A DNA stretch of 64,000 nt from Bacteroidota bacterium (GTDB taxonomy: Bacteria; Bacteroidota; Bacteroidia; UBA4408), in the NCBI GenBank assembly GCA_040385525.1, contig JAZKHE010000005.1:10819-74818 (forward strand), given 5' to 3'. Positions 27,521-38,900 of the stretch are shown here, piece after piece. The position numbers and the translations under genes were made by a program. A model generated the notes under the pieces. That model did no database searches and had not been told where the DNA came from. It was given only the letters and a program-made list of their open reading frames with translations. Every line of letters begins with the position of its first letter. The first letter of the stretch is position 1.

Positions 27521-29944
27521 TTAAATATTTTCTGAGCCAATTATCTTTTCTGTTTTTTCTATTTCGAGTTTGTCTAAATCAATATCTTCTTCTTCGTCAA
27601 AAATTTCTATCAATGGTTCTTTGGTTAAAGCTTTTGTCATTAATCGTTTTTCTAGCGAAAGCAATATGGAAGGAAGTAATAGTAAGTTAGTAATTAACGA
27701 AACTAAAAGTGTTACCGAAATTAAAATGCCTAAGGCAACAGTTCCTCCAAAACTTGATGCTGCAAAAATAGAGAAACCAAAAAACAAAATTACGTTGGTG
27801 TAAACCATACTTAAACCTGTGCCTTTTATTGCGCCAGAAACTGCACTTGATGCATCGCCAGCTAATTTTTTCTTTAATTGATTTCTATATTCTGCTAAAA
27901 TATAAATGGTACCGTCTGATGCAATTCCAAATGCAATACTAAAAACTAATATGGTAGTTGGTTTTATATAAATATCCATAAAACCCATAATTCCTGCAGT
28001 TATCACTAACGGAATTAAACACGGTAATTTTGATAATACAATTATGGCAACCGATCTAAATAAAACAATACCGATTAATAAAATTAAAAACACTTCAATG
28101 CCTAAACTCACAAATAAGTGATGGAAAAGATAATCGTTTCCTTTTAAAAATCGCACGCTATGTCCCGTAATATCTACAGTATATTCTTTCGGGTCGAAAA
28201 TAGAATCTACTTTTGGTTTTATTTCGCTTAATAGTTGTTTCATTTTTACTGAACCAACATCTTTCATTTGAAAACTTACACGCGTTTTTTGTTTTGTGCT
28301 ATCTAAAAATGCTTTAAACTTATCGTTTGATCCTTCTACGCTTGTTGAATAATCAGAGAGTTTTTTTAACTCTGTACTTCCTGGTAAAATAAAAAATTTA
28401 GGTTTGCCGTCTTTTTCTGCTTGGTAAGCAAACTTCACAAGTCTAACAACTGATAGTGGAGATGTGAAAATATCGCCATATTCGCCAATCATTTTTTCGA
28501 GCGCTTTTATTTTGTATAACGTTTTGGCATTATCTGCAAATACACCGTTTTCTTTTTTTGTATCGATAGAAAATTCAAAAGGAAGCACACCGTTAAAATT
28601 AGCTTCAAAAAATTTTAAGTGTGTGTAAACCGGATCTTTTTTTGGTAAATCATCAACCACAAATCCAATTGGTTTTACCATCCACATGCCAACAAACGAA
28701 ATAATGGTTACGCCAGCAATTGATAAATAAATTGCTCTTCTTTTGTTGTGAACCCAATAATCTATTTTATCTAAAAGTTTATTTATATTTTTTCCGTCTA
28801 AGTGTTTTGTTTGTTTTAACGACGGAACTTTTAAGTAGCTAAAAATAATTGGGATAAAAATTAAAGCAACTGCATTGGTAAGTAAAACGTTTACTCCAGC
28901 AACAATACCAAATTGAACTAACAACTCGCTATTAGTAAAATAAAACACAAAAAAACCTATTGATGTAGTTACGTTTGCCAAAAAGTTAGACATGCCGACT
29001 TTTTCGATAGTACGCGTTAAACCTCTAATTTTGCTACCGTGTACTCTAAGTTCTTCTTGGTATTTATTAATTAAAAATATACAGTTTGGTATACCAATAA
29101 TTATAATTAAAGGCGGAATTAAACCTGTAAGAATTGTTATTTTATAACCAAATAAATACATGGTTCCTAACGACCAAATAACGCCAATAACACAAACAAT
29201 TAGCGACCAAAATACCGCGTTAAACGAACGGAAGAAAATCCACAACGTTATAATTGTTACTAAAAAAGCCAAGCCCATAAACAAGCCCAACTCTCCACTA
29301 ACGTTTCGCATATATTCGCTTCTAATATATGGCAAGCCAGAGTAATGAATTTCTACGTTATTGTTTTTAGCAAACTCATCACCCATTGTTCTAATTTGCT
29401 TAACAATGTCTAATCTATTTTTAGAGTTTAAATCTTTTTTGTTAAACGTAACTGCCATCAAGGTGCAGTTTAACGAGTCGTTGTAAACTATTCCTTTGTA
29501 AAATGGATAAGATAAAATTTGTTTTTTTACACTATCTAATTCTTCTTGCGTTTTTAAGGTGCCGTTTATTAATGGGAAGTAATCTAGCTTTTGAAGCGAA
29601 TCATTTTTTTTAAGACCTAAAATTTTATCAATAGATAAAACGTTTTGAATTCCGCCAACAGTTTTAACTGAGTCGGCTAATCTTTGCCATTCGTTAAAAG
29701 TTTTTAGTTTAAATAAATCATCAGATTTATATCCAATAACCATTACGTTTCCGTCTTCACCAAAAACCTTTTTAAAATCGTTGTAAGCAATTTCTGCTTT
29801 ATCGTCTTCTGGAAGTATTTTTACAAAATCGTAAGAGAGCTGTATTTTAGTTGCAAAAAAACCAAAAACACAAGTTATAATAAATAAAACACTTAAATAA
29901 GCGAATCTGTTTCGTAAAAAATTTCTAGCTAAAATCGACCACAT
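27521..29944 (-). CDS. MMPL/RND family transporter
   Basis: Two repeats of TM plus large periplasmic loop plus 5 TM, with [15 protein letters not shown] and [12 protein letters not shown] at 29944 preferred over TTG at 29965, which overlaps a promoter motif. Confidence 0.88.
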   Translation of the reverse strand: MWSILARNFLRNRFAYLSVLFIITCVFGFFATKIQLSYDFVKILPEDDKAEIAYNDFKKVFGEDGNVMVIGYKSDDLFKLKTFNEWQRLADSVKTVGGIQNVLSIDKILGLKKNDSLQKLDYFPLINGTLKTQEELDSVKKQILSYPFYKGIVYNDSLNCTLMAVTFNKKDLNSKNRLDIVKQIRTMGDEFAKNNNVEIHYSGLPYIRSEYMRNVSGELGLFMGLAFLVTIITLWIFFRSFNAVFWSLIVCVIGVIWSLGTMYLFGYKITILTGLIPPLIIIIGIPNCIFLINKYQEELRVHGSKIRGLTRTIEKVGMSNFLANVTTSIGFFVFYFTNSELLVQFGIVAGVNVLLTNAVALIFIPIIFSYLKVPSLKQTKHLDGKNINKLLDKIDYWVHNKRRAIYLSIAGVTIISFVGMWMVKPIGFVVDDLPKKDPVYTHLKFFEANFNGVLPFEFSIDTKKENGVFADNAKTLYKIKALEKMIGEYGDIFTSPLSVVRLVKFAYQAEKDGKPKFFILPGSTELKKLSDYSTSVEGSNDKFKAFLDSTKQKTRVSFQMKDVGSVKMKQLLSEIKPKVDSIFDPKEYTVDITGHSVRFLKGNDYLFHHLFVSLGIEVFLILLIGIVLFRSVAIIVLSKLPCLIPLVITAGIMGFMDIYIKPTTILVFSIAFGIASDGTIYILAEYRNQLKKKLAGDASSAVSGAIKGTGLSMVYTNVILFFGFSIFAASSFGGTVALGILISVTLLVSLITNLLLLPSILLSLEKRLMTKALTKEPLIEIFDEEEDIDLDKLEIEKTEKIIGSENI

Positions 29945-29962
29945 AATATCTTTAATCTGCTT

Positions 29963-29970
29963 CAAATATA
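29963..29970 (-). promoter_or_regulatory. Bacteroidota sigma-70-type -7 element for the MMPL-rfbA-epimerase-prenyltransferase run
   Basis: TATATTTG on the minus strand matches TAnnTTTG. Confidence 0.55.
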
Positions 29971-30050
29971 ATATAAACTTATCTTTTTTTCACTAAAATA
30001 TGTGCTTTTAGCGTGTTTTTTTTGAATTGAATTTATACTAAAACTTTTTA

Positions 30051-30058
30051 TAAATTTG
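30051..30058 (+). promoter_or_regulatory. -7 promoter element of prfB
   Basis: TAAATTTG with TTG at 30027-30029, 21 nt upstream. Ends 4 nt before the ATG. Confidence 0.6.
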
Positions 30059-30062
30059 CTAT

Positions 30063-31152
30063 ATGATTACAACCGAACAAATTAAAGACATTTTAGAGCG
30101 CACGCAAGCGCTGAGGGGGCATCTTTGACATTGATGCCAAGCTAAAAGAAATTGCCGAAAACGAAGAAAGGAGTTTAGCTCCCAACTTTTGGGACGACCC
30201 TAAAAAAGCCGAAGAACTTTTAAAACAAATTAAAATTTCTAAAGATTGGACGCAAAAGTACCAACAATTAGTTTCTTCTTCAGATGATTTAGTAACACTT
30301 TTCGACTTTTTTAAAGAAGGCGAAGCTACTGAAGCTGATATAGAAAGCCAGTTTGAGCAAGCAAATACTTTGGTAGAAGAGCTAGAGTTTAAGAATATGC
30401 TAAGCGGCAAAGAAGATTTGCTAAGCGCTGTAATAACTATTAATGCAGGTGCAGGTGGAACCGAAAGTTGCGATTGGGCAGCTATGCTTTTGCGTATGTA
30501 TAAAATGTGGGCCGAAAAACACGGTTACAAAGTAAACGAAGTTGATTATCAAGATGGTGATGTAGCTGGTTTAAAATCGGTTACCATTCAAATTGAAGGC
30601 GATTATGCTTATGGATATTTAAAGGGCGAAAGTGGTGTGCATCGCTTAGTTAGAATTTCTCCTTTTGATTCTAACGCTAAAAGACATACCAGTTTTGCTT
30701 CTGTTTATGCGTATCCTTTAATTGATGATACCATTGAAGTTGAAGTAAACATGAGCGATATTGAGTGGGATACTTTTAGAGCTGGTGGCGCAGGCGGACA
30801 AAATGTAAATAAGGTGGAAACTGCGGTTCGTTTATTCCACAAACCTTCTGGCATTATTATAAAAAATCAAGAAAGTAGGTCTCAACTTCAGAATAAAGAA
30901 AACGCTGTTAAACTATTAAAATCGCAATTGTACGAAATAGAAATGCGTAAGCGTAGAGAAGCTATTAATACAATAGAAAGTTCTAAAAAGAAAATAGAGT
31001 GGGGTTCGCAAATTCGAAACTATGTAATGCATCCTTATAAATTAGTAAAAGATATTCGTACAGATTACGAAACATCAAACGTGCAAGCAATAATGGATGG
31101 CGAATTAGATGATTTTATAAAAGCGTACTTAATGGAATACGGAGATTCTTAA
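30063..31152 (+). CDS. prfB: Peptide chain release factor 2 with programmed +1 frameshift
   Basis: ORF1 [21 protein letters not shown] ends CTT TGA C at 30123-30129. The +1 frame (GAC ATT GAT...FWDDPKKA) is in frame with ORF 30370-31152, which has the SPF and GGQ motifs. Confidence 0.96.
30114..30129 (+). promoter_or_regulatory. prfB +1 frameshift cassette
   Basis: AGGGGG, 3-nt spacer, CTT TGA C: the canonical RF2 autoregulatory site. Confidence 0.95.
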
Positions 31153-31623
31153 CTAATATTTTAAATTGGTAAATTGACCAGAACTTACGGTAACACTATC
31201 TTTTAAGTTTGTACTAAATGCTTTAAAATCGTAAAAACCAGATATTCTTTTAGAGCTTGTATTTATATCTGATATTATAATTTTTCCACTTTTAGAAACA
31301 TATGTTTTTGTAGAAGCACTATCTGTATTGGTTACTAAAACTGCACCCGTAATGCTCGATATTGAAATATTGTAGGTTCCTGTTGCAACTCCTTCAATTG
31401 TTAATGCAATACTTTTTTTAGTGCCAACACCCGATACTGTTATTCTATCTGTAGTAACACTTCCCGCAGGCGCATCGGCAATCCAAGATGCACCAGCAAT
31501 ATCAGCATTCATGGTTCCTACAACGGCTTCTTTCACTTCTTCTTGGTCTTCTTTTGTACAAGAATTTGTTGTTAAGAAAAGTGCTGAAAAGCATAGTGAA
31601 ATTAAAAACAGATTCTTTTTCAT
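31153..31623 (-). CDS. Lipoprotein, DUF6252-like
   Basis: Lipobox TNS|C followed by acidic KEDQEE. MNADIAGASW and GTYNI...SGFYDFKA...SGQFTNLKY pattern. Confidence 0.7.
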   Translation of the reverse strand: MKKNLFLISLCFSALFLTTNSCTKEDQEEVKEAVVGTMNADIAGASWIADAPAGSVTTDRITVSGVGTKKSIALTIEGVATGTYNISISSITGAVLVTNTDSASTKTYVSKSGKIIISDINTSSKRISGFYDFKAFSTNLKDSVTVSSGQFTNLKY

Positions 31624-31650
31624 TTTAAATGTTGTTTAGACAAAATAAAG

Positions 31651-31658
31651 TAAATTTG
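31651..31658 (+). promoter_or_regulatory. -7 promoter element of the arsC-like gene
   Basis: TAAATTTG 21 nt upstream of the ATG at 31680. Confidence 0.5.
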
Positions 31659-31679
31659 GTCACAAACACAAACTTATTT

Positions 31680-32033
31680 ATGATAAAAATATACCACAAC
31701 AATAGATGTTCTAAAAGTAGAGCTGCTTTACAAGCTATTCAACAATCGGGAAATAAGTTTGAGATAATTGATTATTTAAACAACGCGCCCACTTTAGCGG
31801 AACTAAAAAAGTTGATTTCAAATTCTGAATACAACGTAATTGATTTCGTTAGAACAAAAGAAAAGATTTTTGTAGAGAACTACAGAAATCTTTCTTTAAC
31901 AGACAATCAGCTACTTGAAATTTTAGCTAAACATCCAGAACTTTTAGAAAGACCAATTGTGGTTTACAACAAAAAAGTAATTATAGTTCGCGACGAAGAA
32001 AAACTAAAAGAAATTTCTAATTGGCGAATTTAG
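31680..32033 (+). CDS. ArsC/Spx family arsenate reductase-like protein
   Basis: IYHNNRCSKSR and HPELLERPIV. Its 3' end overlaps the convergent PorP gene by 17 bp. Confidence 0.88.
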   Translation: MIKIYHNNRCSKSRAALQAIQQSGNKFEIIDYLNNAPTLAELKKLISNSEYNVIDFVRTKEKIFVENYRNLSLTDNQLLEILAKHPELLERPIVVYNKKVIIVRDEEKLKEISNWRI

Positions 32034-32946
32034 GTTTTACTTTATTCCCTTTTACCAAACTGTAAGACGCAACAATTTCGTGTGTTCCGTTTGAGTGTCT
32101 TCCAATTCGTAATCCTTTAGATACTTTAGCAAAACTCATATCGTAAGCATAACCAACTCTAAAGTTTTTGTTAGCTTGGTACTCTGCCATAACAACGAAC
32201 GCACTACCATTTTTAAAATTACTAAAACGATAAGACAAACCTCCAGTAATTAAATTGTTGTATGTAATTCTGCAATTTAAATCCGTTTGAAGTGGTGCTT
32301 TAGGAGCAAATTTAATTAATGCTGATGGCTTTAAAACCCACTGTGCATCAATATCGTAGTTATAGCCACCATATAAATAAAAATGTCTTTTTAAATTGTA
32401 TAAATTGTGTTTGTCGTAATCTAAAAGTGTTGGAACAGATAAACCTGCGTAATAATCTTTAGCTAAATAAAAAGCACCCAATCCAAACTTTGGAATCCAA
32501 ACACTAGTTTTACTATTGTTAATTATATTATCGTTGTAGTCCCAATAATTACCAGATGATAAATCGTTATTGTAATTGCTAAATCCAGCGGTTGCTCCAA
32601 ACGAAAGCTGATCTTTATTATCAAGTTTTAAATGATAAGAATACGAACCAATAATATCTGTTTGATTTGTTTTTCCAATTCTATCGTTTGCAATTTTTAA
32701 ACCCACACCCATTTTTTCGTCGGGCAAAGCGCCTTCAACTGTTACCGCGTTAGAAACGGGAGCGCCTGCAAAACCAACCCATTGCGAACGATTCATAAAC
32801 GAACCTGTAAAGTATTTGTTTACGCCACCAATTGCTGGATTTATTAAATAAGGAGTAAATAAATACTGACTTACTAAAATTTCTTGTTGTGCATTTACTT
32901 TAGCAATGCTAAATAATAATACAACTAGTATAAAAAGTTTTTTCAT
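32017..32946 (-). CDS. PorP/SprF family T9SS outer-membrane protein
   Basis: QQEILVSQYLFTPYLINPAIGG, RSQWVGFAGAP and VGYAYD...GTHEIVASY. Directly downstream of a type-B CTD giant. Confidence 0.92.
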   Translation of the reverse strand: MKKLFILVVLLFSIAKVNAQQEILVSQYLFTPYLINPAIGGVNKYFTGSFMNRSQWVGFAGAPVSNAVTVEGALPDEKMGVGLKIANDRIGKTNQTDIIGSYSYHLKLDNKDQLSFGATAGFSNYNNDLSSGNYWDYNDNIINNSKTSVWIPKFGLGAFYLAKDYYAGLSVPTLLDYDKHNLYNLKRHFYLYGGYNYDIDAQWVLKPSALIKFAPKAPLQTDLNCRITYNNLITGGLSYRFSNFKNGSAFVVMAEYQANKNFRVGYAYDMSFAKVSKGLRIGRHSNGTHEIVASYSLVKGNKVKPKFAN

Positions 32947-32965
32947 AATTTATATATTCAATTAT

Positions 32966-35900
32966 TTATCGTAAGTCAGTTCTTAATTCAACATAACCTT
33001 TTAATATAATTTCGGTTCCGTCTATTTCTTTTGCTATTGCTACAACAAAGTAAGTTCCGTCTGGTACTTTACCGCTCGATTTTGCAGCTCCATCCCATTC
33101 GTTTTTGTAATCTTTATTGTTGTAAACAACATTACCCCAACGGTTGTAAATTGCAACTTCAGTTCCAGGATAAACTTCAACTCCTCTAATTACAAAGAAA
33201 TCATTTTGTCCATCGCCATTTGGTGTAAACACCGTTGGTAATTCAAGCGCTGGTGGATTTGTTAATACAATGTAAGCAGTATCAATACAATTTATTTCAT
33301 CTACTACAACTACGTGATAGTTGTTTGCAGGAACATCAGCAATGTCTTCTGTAATTGCTTGAGTTGACCAGAAATATTTGTAAGGTGCAAATCCACCTGT
33401 AACTGTTAAATCTATTGAGCCATCACTTAAGTTGTGTTTACTTACATTATATCCACCTTCAAATATCGGACTAGTTAATGTTAAGTTTAACGAATCACCA
33501 ACTGTTATAACAACATCGTCAGATTTAGAAGCACAACCTTTGCTATCTGTAACAGTTACGTTATAGCTACCTGATGCACCAACAATAATACTTTGTGTGC
33601 TTGCGCCAGTGCTCCAAACGTTACCCGTTGTAAAGTTGGTAGATAACGTTAATGTATCGCCAAAACACAACCTGTTTATTTTACTTAAATTAACTAATGG
33701 TTTGTCTGGACTACTTACCGATATTGGTATTAAGTTAGAAGTAGATGTTGTAACTAAACCGCATGATATATAACTAATTTCTAATGAAACAATGTTGCTA
33801 TTAGTTAATGTAGTTGAACTAAAAGTACTTGCATTTGCTCCTGCAACAAGAGCACCATCTATTTTCCAAGCATACGTTACAACTCCTACAGGGTTAATTG
33901 TAGATGTAAAATCAACCACTTGACCAGTGCAAATAGAATTTGTAGAAGCAGTAATTGTTGCACTTATTGGTGTGCCTGCATTCACCGTCATTGTTACAAC
34001 AGCTGATGTTGCTGGTATGTTTCCTACACAAGGATCAGTTGCTGAAATCACACAGAATACTTCATCATTATTTGCTAATGTGTTCGAAGTAAACGTGCTA
34101 TTTGTTCCAACTAATGTTGTATTTAAAAACCATTCGTATGTTAAAGCAGATAAGGTTACGTTTGGTGTAGCCACAAAAGTTACATCTGTATTTTCGCAAA
34201 CTACGTTAGATGGAATTGTAGTAACAACAACCTCAGCAGTTATTGACGGAGTTATTGTCATTGTAAGCGCGTTTGATGTAATAAACGAACTTACACATGT
34301 TGTTGCTATCTGACATGTAATTACATCACCATCTAATATATTATTAAATGTTGGCGATGCACCCATATTAACTCCATTTACTTGCCATTGATATGATGTT
34401 ACTTGCGCAGTAACAGGTAAAATTGCGCTTGTAAACGAAACAGCTTGTGTTGAACAAACATTTGTTCCTGGTAATGCAGTAATAAATATTTGTGGAACCG
34501 CACTAGGTAAAACGGTTGTTACAATTGATGTAGAAACGGTAGTACATGTTCCGTCAAACATCGATACAAATATCTCATCGCCATCAACTAAAGTTGTTGT
34601 GCTAAATGTATTTACTGAACCTGTTGTTAATGTTGTTGCATCGTTTGCTCTAATAAATGTGTAAGTATACGAGCTTACCGCTGGTAAAACGGTAAAGGTA
34701 ACATTGGTTCCATCGCAAATGGTATTGCCTACTGCATCGCTATTTAGCGTTGGAGTAGTTACGCCACTTGGGTTTAAAGCAATTGAAAAAGGATCAGACG
34801 GACAAGCACTTGCATCGGTTAATGTTACCGAGTAGTTTCCTGTTACTAAGCCACTTATACTTTGGTTCGTGCTGCCGTTGTTCCATGCAAAACTAAATGG
34901 TGTGTTTCCACTAACTATTGTTGCGTCTAAAATACCATCGTTACCAAAGCAAGAACTTGGCGGAAAAACTTGTGTAATACTAACCACTGGTGCAGTTTTA
35001 ATAGTAACTGTTAATACGTTTGATGTTACATTTACAGTTGCTGTGCCACAACCCGTGGTTGAAATTGTTAATTGTACAAGGTCGTTATTAAGAAAGCTGT
35101 TGAAAGCAAAACTAGGGTTACTTCCCATATTTGTTCCGTTTACTGCCCATAAATAATCTACCGTAGCACCAACATTTGTAACAGCACTTGAAAAATTAAT
35201 CGTTTCGCCTTCGCAAATTGCCACGCCCACAGCAGAAATTGTTACGCTTGGCGTATTGCTGCTATTTACTATTATGTTAATTGTTGAACTAATTCCTGTA
35301 CAACCAGTTAATGTTGCAATACCAGTAACGCTTATGCTGTGGTTAACAGTCATTGTATCTATTTGTAAAGCAAGAGTAGTGTTTGCTGTGCCAATTGGAT
35401 TTCCGTCCATAAAATAGTTATAGGTATCGGCTCCACCTGGTGTAAAGGTTACTGTTTGTCCAACACAAATTACATTGCCTGCAACATCACTTGTTAATGT
35501 AACTGTTGGTGCTCCAGCATCAGTTATTGATGCAGAAGTTGTAATTGTACATAAATTTCCATCAGTTACAACTACATTGTAAACTCCAGCTACAACTCCT
35601 GTTATACTTGCGTCTGTTTGAGATGGTGTTGAGTTCCAAGAGTAAGTAAAGTTACCATCACCACCGCTAGCAGTAACTAACGCTCCACCTGTTGCAGAAC
35701 CACAAGGTGTAGGGTTAGTAATTGTTGTTATGCTTGCTAGTATTGCTGGGTTAACTGTAATTGTTACATCATCAGTAGAAGCAGAGCATGATCCATTTGT
35801 TATCGACCATCTAAATACATTATTACCAGTTCCTAAACCAGTAACAGGAGTGTTTTGGTTTGTGAAACTTGTAATAAATCCTGCTCCAGAAACTAAAGTC

Positions 35901-38900
35901 CAACTTCCGTTTCCTATAACCGCTGTGTTAGCAGCTAATGTAGCGTTTGTTCCGCAAATTGTTTGGTTTGTTCCAGCATCAGCAGTAGTTGGAGCAGTAT
36001 CTAATGTAATTGTTAATTCGTCTGTATTGTCAGCACAAAGTCCGTTAGAAATTGTCCAACGTAAAACAAGTGGAGCAGCGCTAATAGTAACAGTAGAGCT
36101 AGGATCATTAACACTAGTTATATTTCCATTACCTGCAATAATTGACCAAGTACCAGTTCCAACCGCAGGAGTATTTCCTGCTAAAGTAACCGAACCAATT
36201 GTTTCGCATATATTTTGGTCAGCACCAGCTATTGCTATACTCGGGCCATTATTTGTAATTGTAACATCATCAGTTGTTGGTGGGCAAGTTCCGTTAGAGA
36301 TTGTCCATCTTAAAACATTATCATTTGTACCAATTGCTGTTATTGTTGATGTAGGTGAGTTAGGACTTGTAATAGTTGCTGAACCCGAAACTAAAGTCCA
36401 CACACCTGTGCCAACTACAGCAGTATTTCCAGCTAAAGTAGCGGTTGTTCCGCAAATAGTTTGATTAACACCTGCCTCAGCAATTGTTGGAGGAGTGTCA
36501 ATTGTAATTGTAATTTGATCGCCAGTATCAGGACATAATCCATTAGAGATTGTCCAACTTAATACTAAAGAAGCTCCGCTGATTCCAGTAACAGTAGATG
36601 TGTTTGAGTTAGGAGAAGTTATTGTTCCTGTTCCAGAAACAACTGACCATGTTCCAGTTCCAATTGTAGGATTGTTACCTGCTAAAGTTGTTGTTGTTCC
36701 ACAAATATTGAAATCTGCGCCAGCGTTTGCTAATGTTGGCGAAGGATTAGAAGTAATAGTAACCTCGCTTGCAGAAGTAGCACAAGAGCTATTTCCGATT
36801 GTCCAACGTAAAACGTTTGCACCATTAGCAAGCGCAGAAACAGTAGTCGTTCCTAAATTAGTAGTAGCAAAAGTAGCTGCGCCAGAAACTACCGACCAAG
36901 TTCCAACTCCTGTTGTAGGAATATTACCATCTAAAGTTGCAGTAGTTCCACATATAGTTTGATTGCTTCCAGCAACTGATGTTGATGGTGTAGCATCAAT
37001 TGTTATAGTGACATTATCAGTACTTGCAGGACAAATTCCGCCATCAGAAATTGACCATTGTAAAACAATTGAAGTCCCAGTTATTCCAGTAACTGTTGAG
37101 GTATTAGAGTTTGGAGTAGTAATTGTTCCTGTACCAGAAACTACTGACCAAGTACCTGTGCCAACAGTTGGATTGTTACCCGCTAAAGTTGCAGAACCTA
37201 CTGATTCACAAATATTTAGGTTAGTACCAGCATCTGCAGTAGTTGGTCCATTGCTTGAAATTGTTACTTCACTAGCAGAACTAGCACAAGATCCATTTCC
37301 TATAGTCCAACGTAAAACGTTAGCACCATTATTAAGTGCTGAAACAGTTGTAGTTCCTAAATTGCTATTTGCAAAAGTAGCCGCACCCGAAACCACAGAC
37401 CAAGTTCCAACTCCTGTTGCAGGAATATTTCCGTCTAAAGTGGCAGTTGTTGCACAAACAGCTTGGTTTGTTCCGGCATTAGAAGCAGTTGGAGGAGAAT
37501 CAATAGTAATAGTAATTTGATCTCCGCTATCAGGACATAATCCGTTAGAAATAGTCCAACTCAATACTAAAGAAGCTCCACTAATTCCAGTAACAGTTGA
37601 AGTTTCAGAATTAGGAGAAGTTATTGTTCCAGTTCCAGAAACAACAGACCAAGTTCCAGTTCCAACAATCGCAGTGTTTCCAGCTAAAGTTGTTGTTGTA
37701 GCACAAATATTGAAATCAGTTCCAGCGTTAGCTGTTGTAGGAGCAGGATTTGAAGTAATTGTAACATCGCTAGAAGAAGCAGTACAAGAACCATTTCCGA
37801 TAGTCCAACGTAAAACGTTAGCACCATTATTAAGTGCAGAAATAGTTGTTGTTCCTAAATTATTATTTGCAAAAGTAGCCGCACCCGAAACAATCGACCA
37901 AGTTCCAATACCTGTTGCAGGAATGTTTCCAGCTAAAGTAGTCGTAGTAGCGCAAACTGTTTGATTATTTCCTGCAATTGAAGTTGTAGGCGGAGAATCA
38001 ATTGTAATTGTAATTTGATCGCCAGTATCAGGACATAATCCATTAGAGATTGTCCAACTTAATACTAAAGAAGCTCCGCTGATTCCAGTAACAGTAGATG
38101 TGTTTGAGTTAGGAGAAGTTATTGTTCCTGTTCCAGATATAATTGACCAAGTTCCAGTTCCAATGACTGCAACATTACCTGCCAAAGTTGTTGTAGTGGC
38201 ACAAATATTAAAATCAGTTCCAGCGTTAGCAGTTGTAGGAGCAGGATTAGAAGTTATTGTAACATCGCTAGCAGAACTAGCACAAGAACCGTTTCCAATA
38301 GTCCATCGTAAAACATTAGCACCGTTATTAAGAGCAGAAACAGTTGTTGTTCCTAAATTGCTGTTGGCAAAAGTAGCAGCGCCTGAAACAACAGACCAAG
38401 TTCCAACTCCAGTTGCAGGAATATTTCCATTTAAAGTTGCAGTTGTTGCACAAACAGCTTGGTTTGATCCAGCTATAGAAGTTGTAGGAGGAGAATCAAT
38501 AGTAATTGTAATTTGATCACCAGTATTAGGACATAATCCGTTAGAGATTGTCCAACTCAAAACTAAAGAAGTTCCACTAATTCCAGTAACAGTTGATGTT
38601 TCAGAGTTCGGAGAAGTTATTGTTCCTGTTCCAGAAACAACTGACCAAGTTCCAGTACCAATAACAGCAACGTTACCTGCTAAAGTTGTTGTTGTAGCAC
38701 AAATATTAAAATCAGTACCAGCGTTAGCAGTTGTAGGAGCAGGATTAGAAGTTATTGTAACATCGCTAGCAGAACTAGCACAAGAACCGTTTCCAATAGT
38801 CCATCGTAAAACATTAGCACCGTTATTAAGAGCAGAAACAGTTGTTGTTCCTAAATTGCTGTTGGTAAAAGTAGCAGCGCCTGAAACAACAGACCAAGTT

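Noticed and set aside
30093-30410. Minus-strand 105-aa ORF, and 30370 as the prfB start
   Set aside because: The segment is the frameshifted N-terminal part of prfB on the plus strand.
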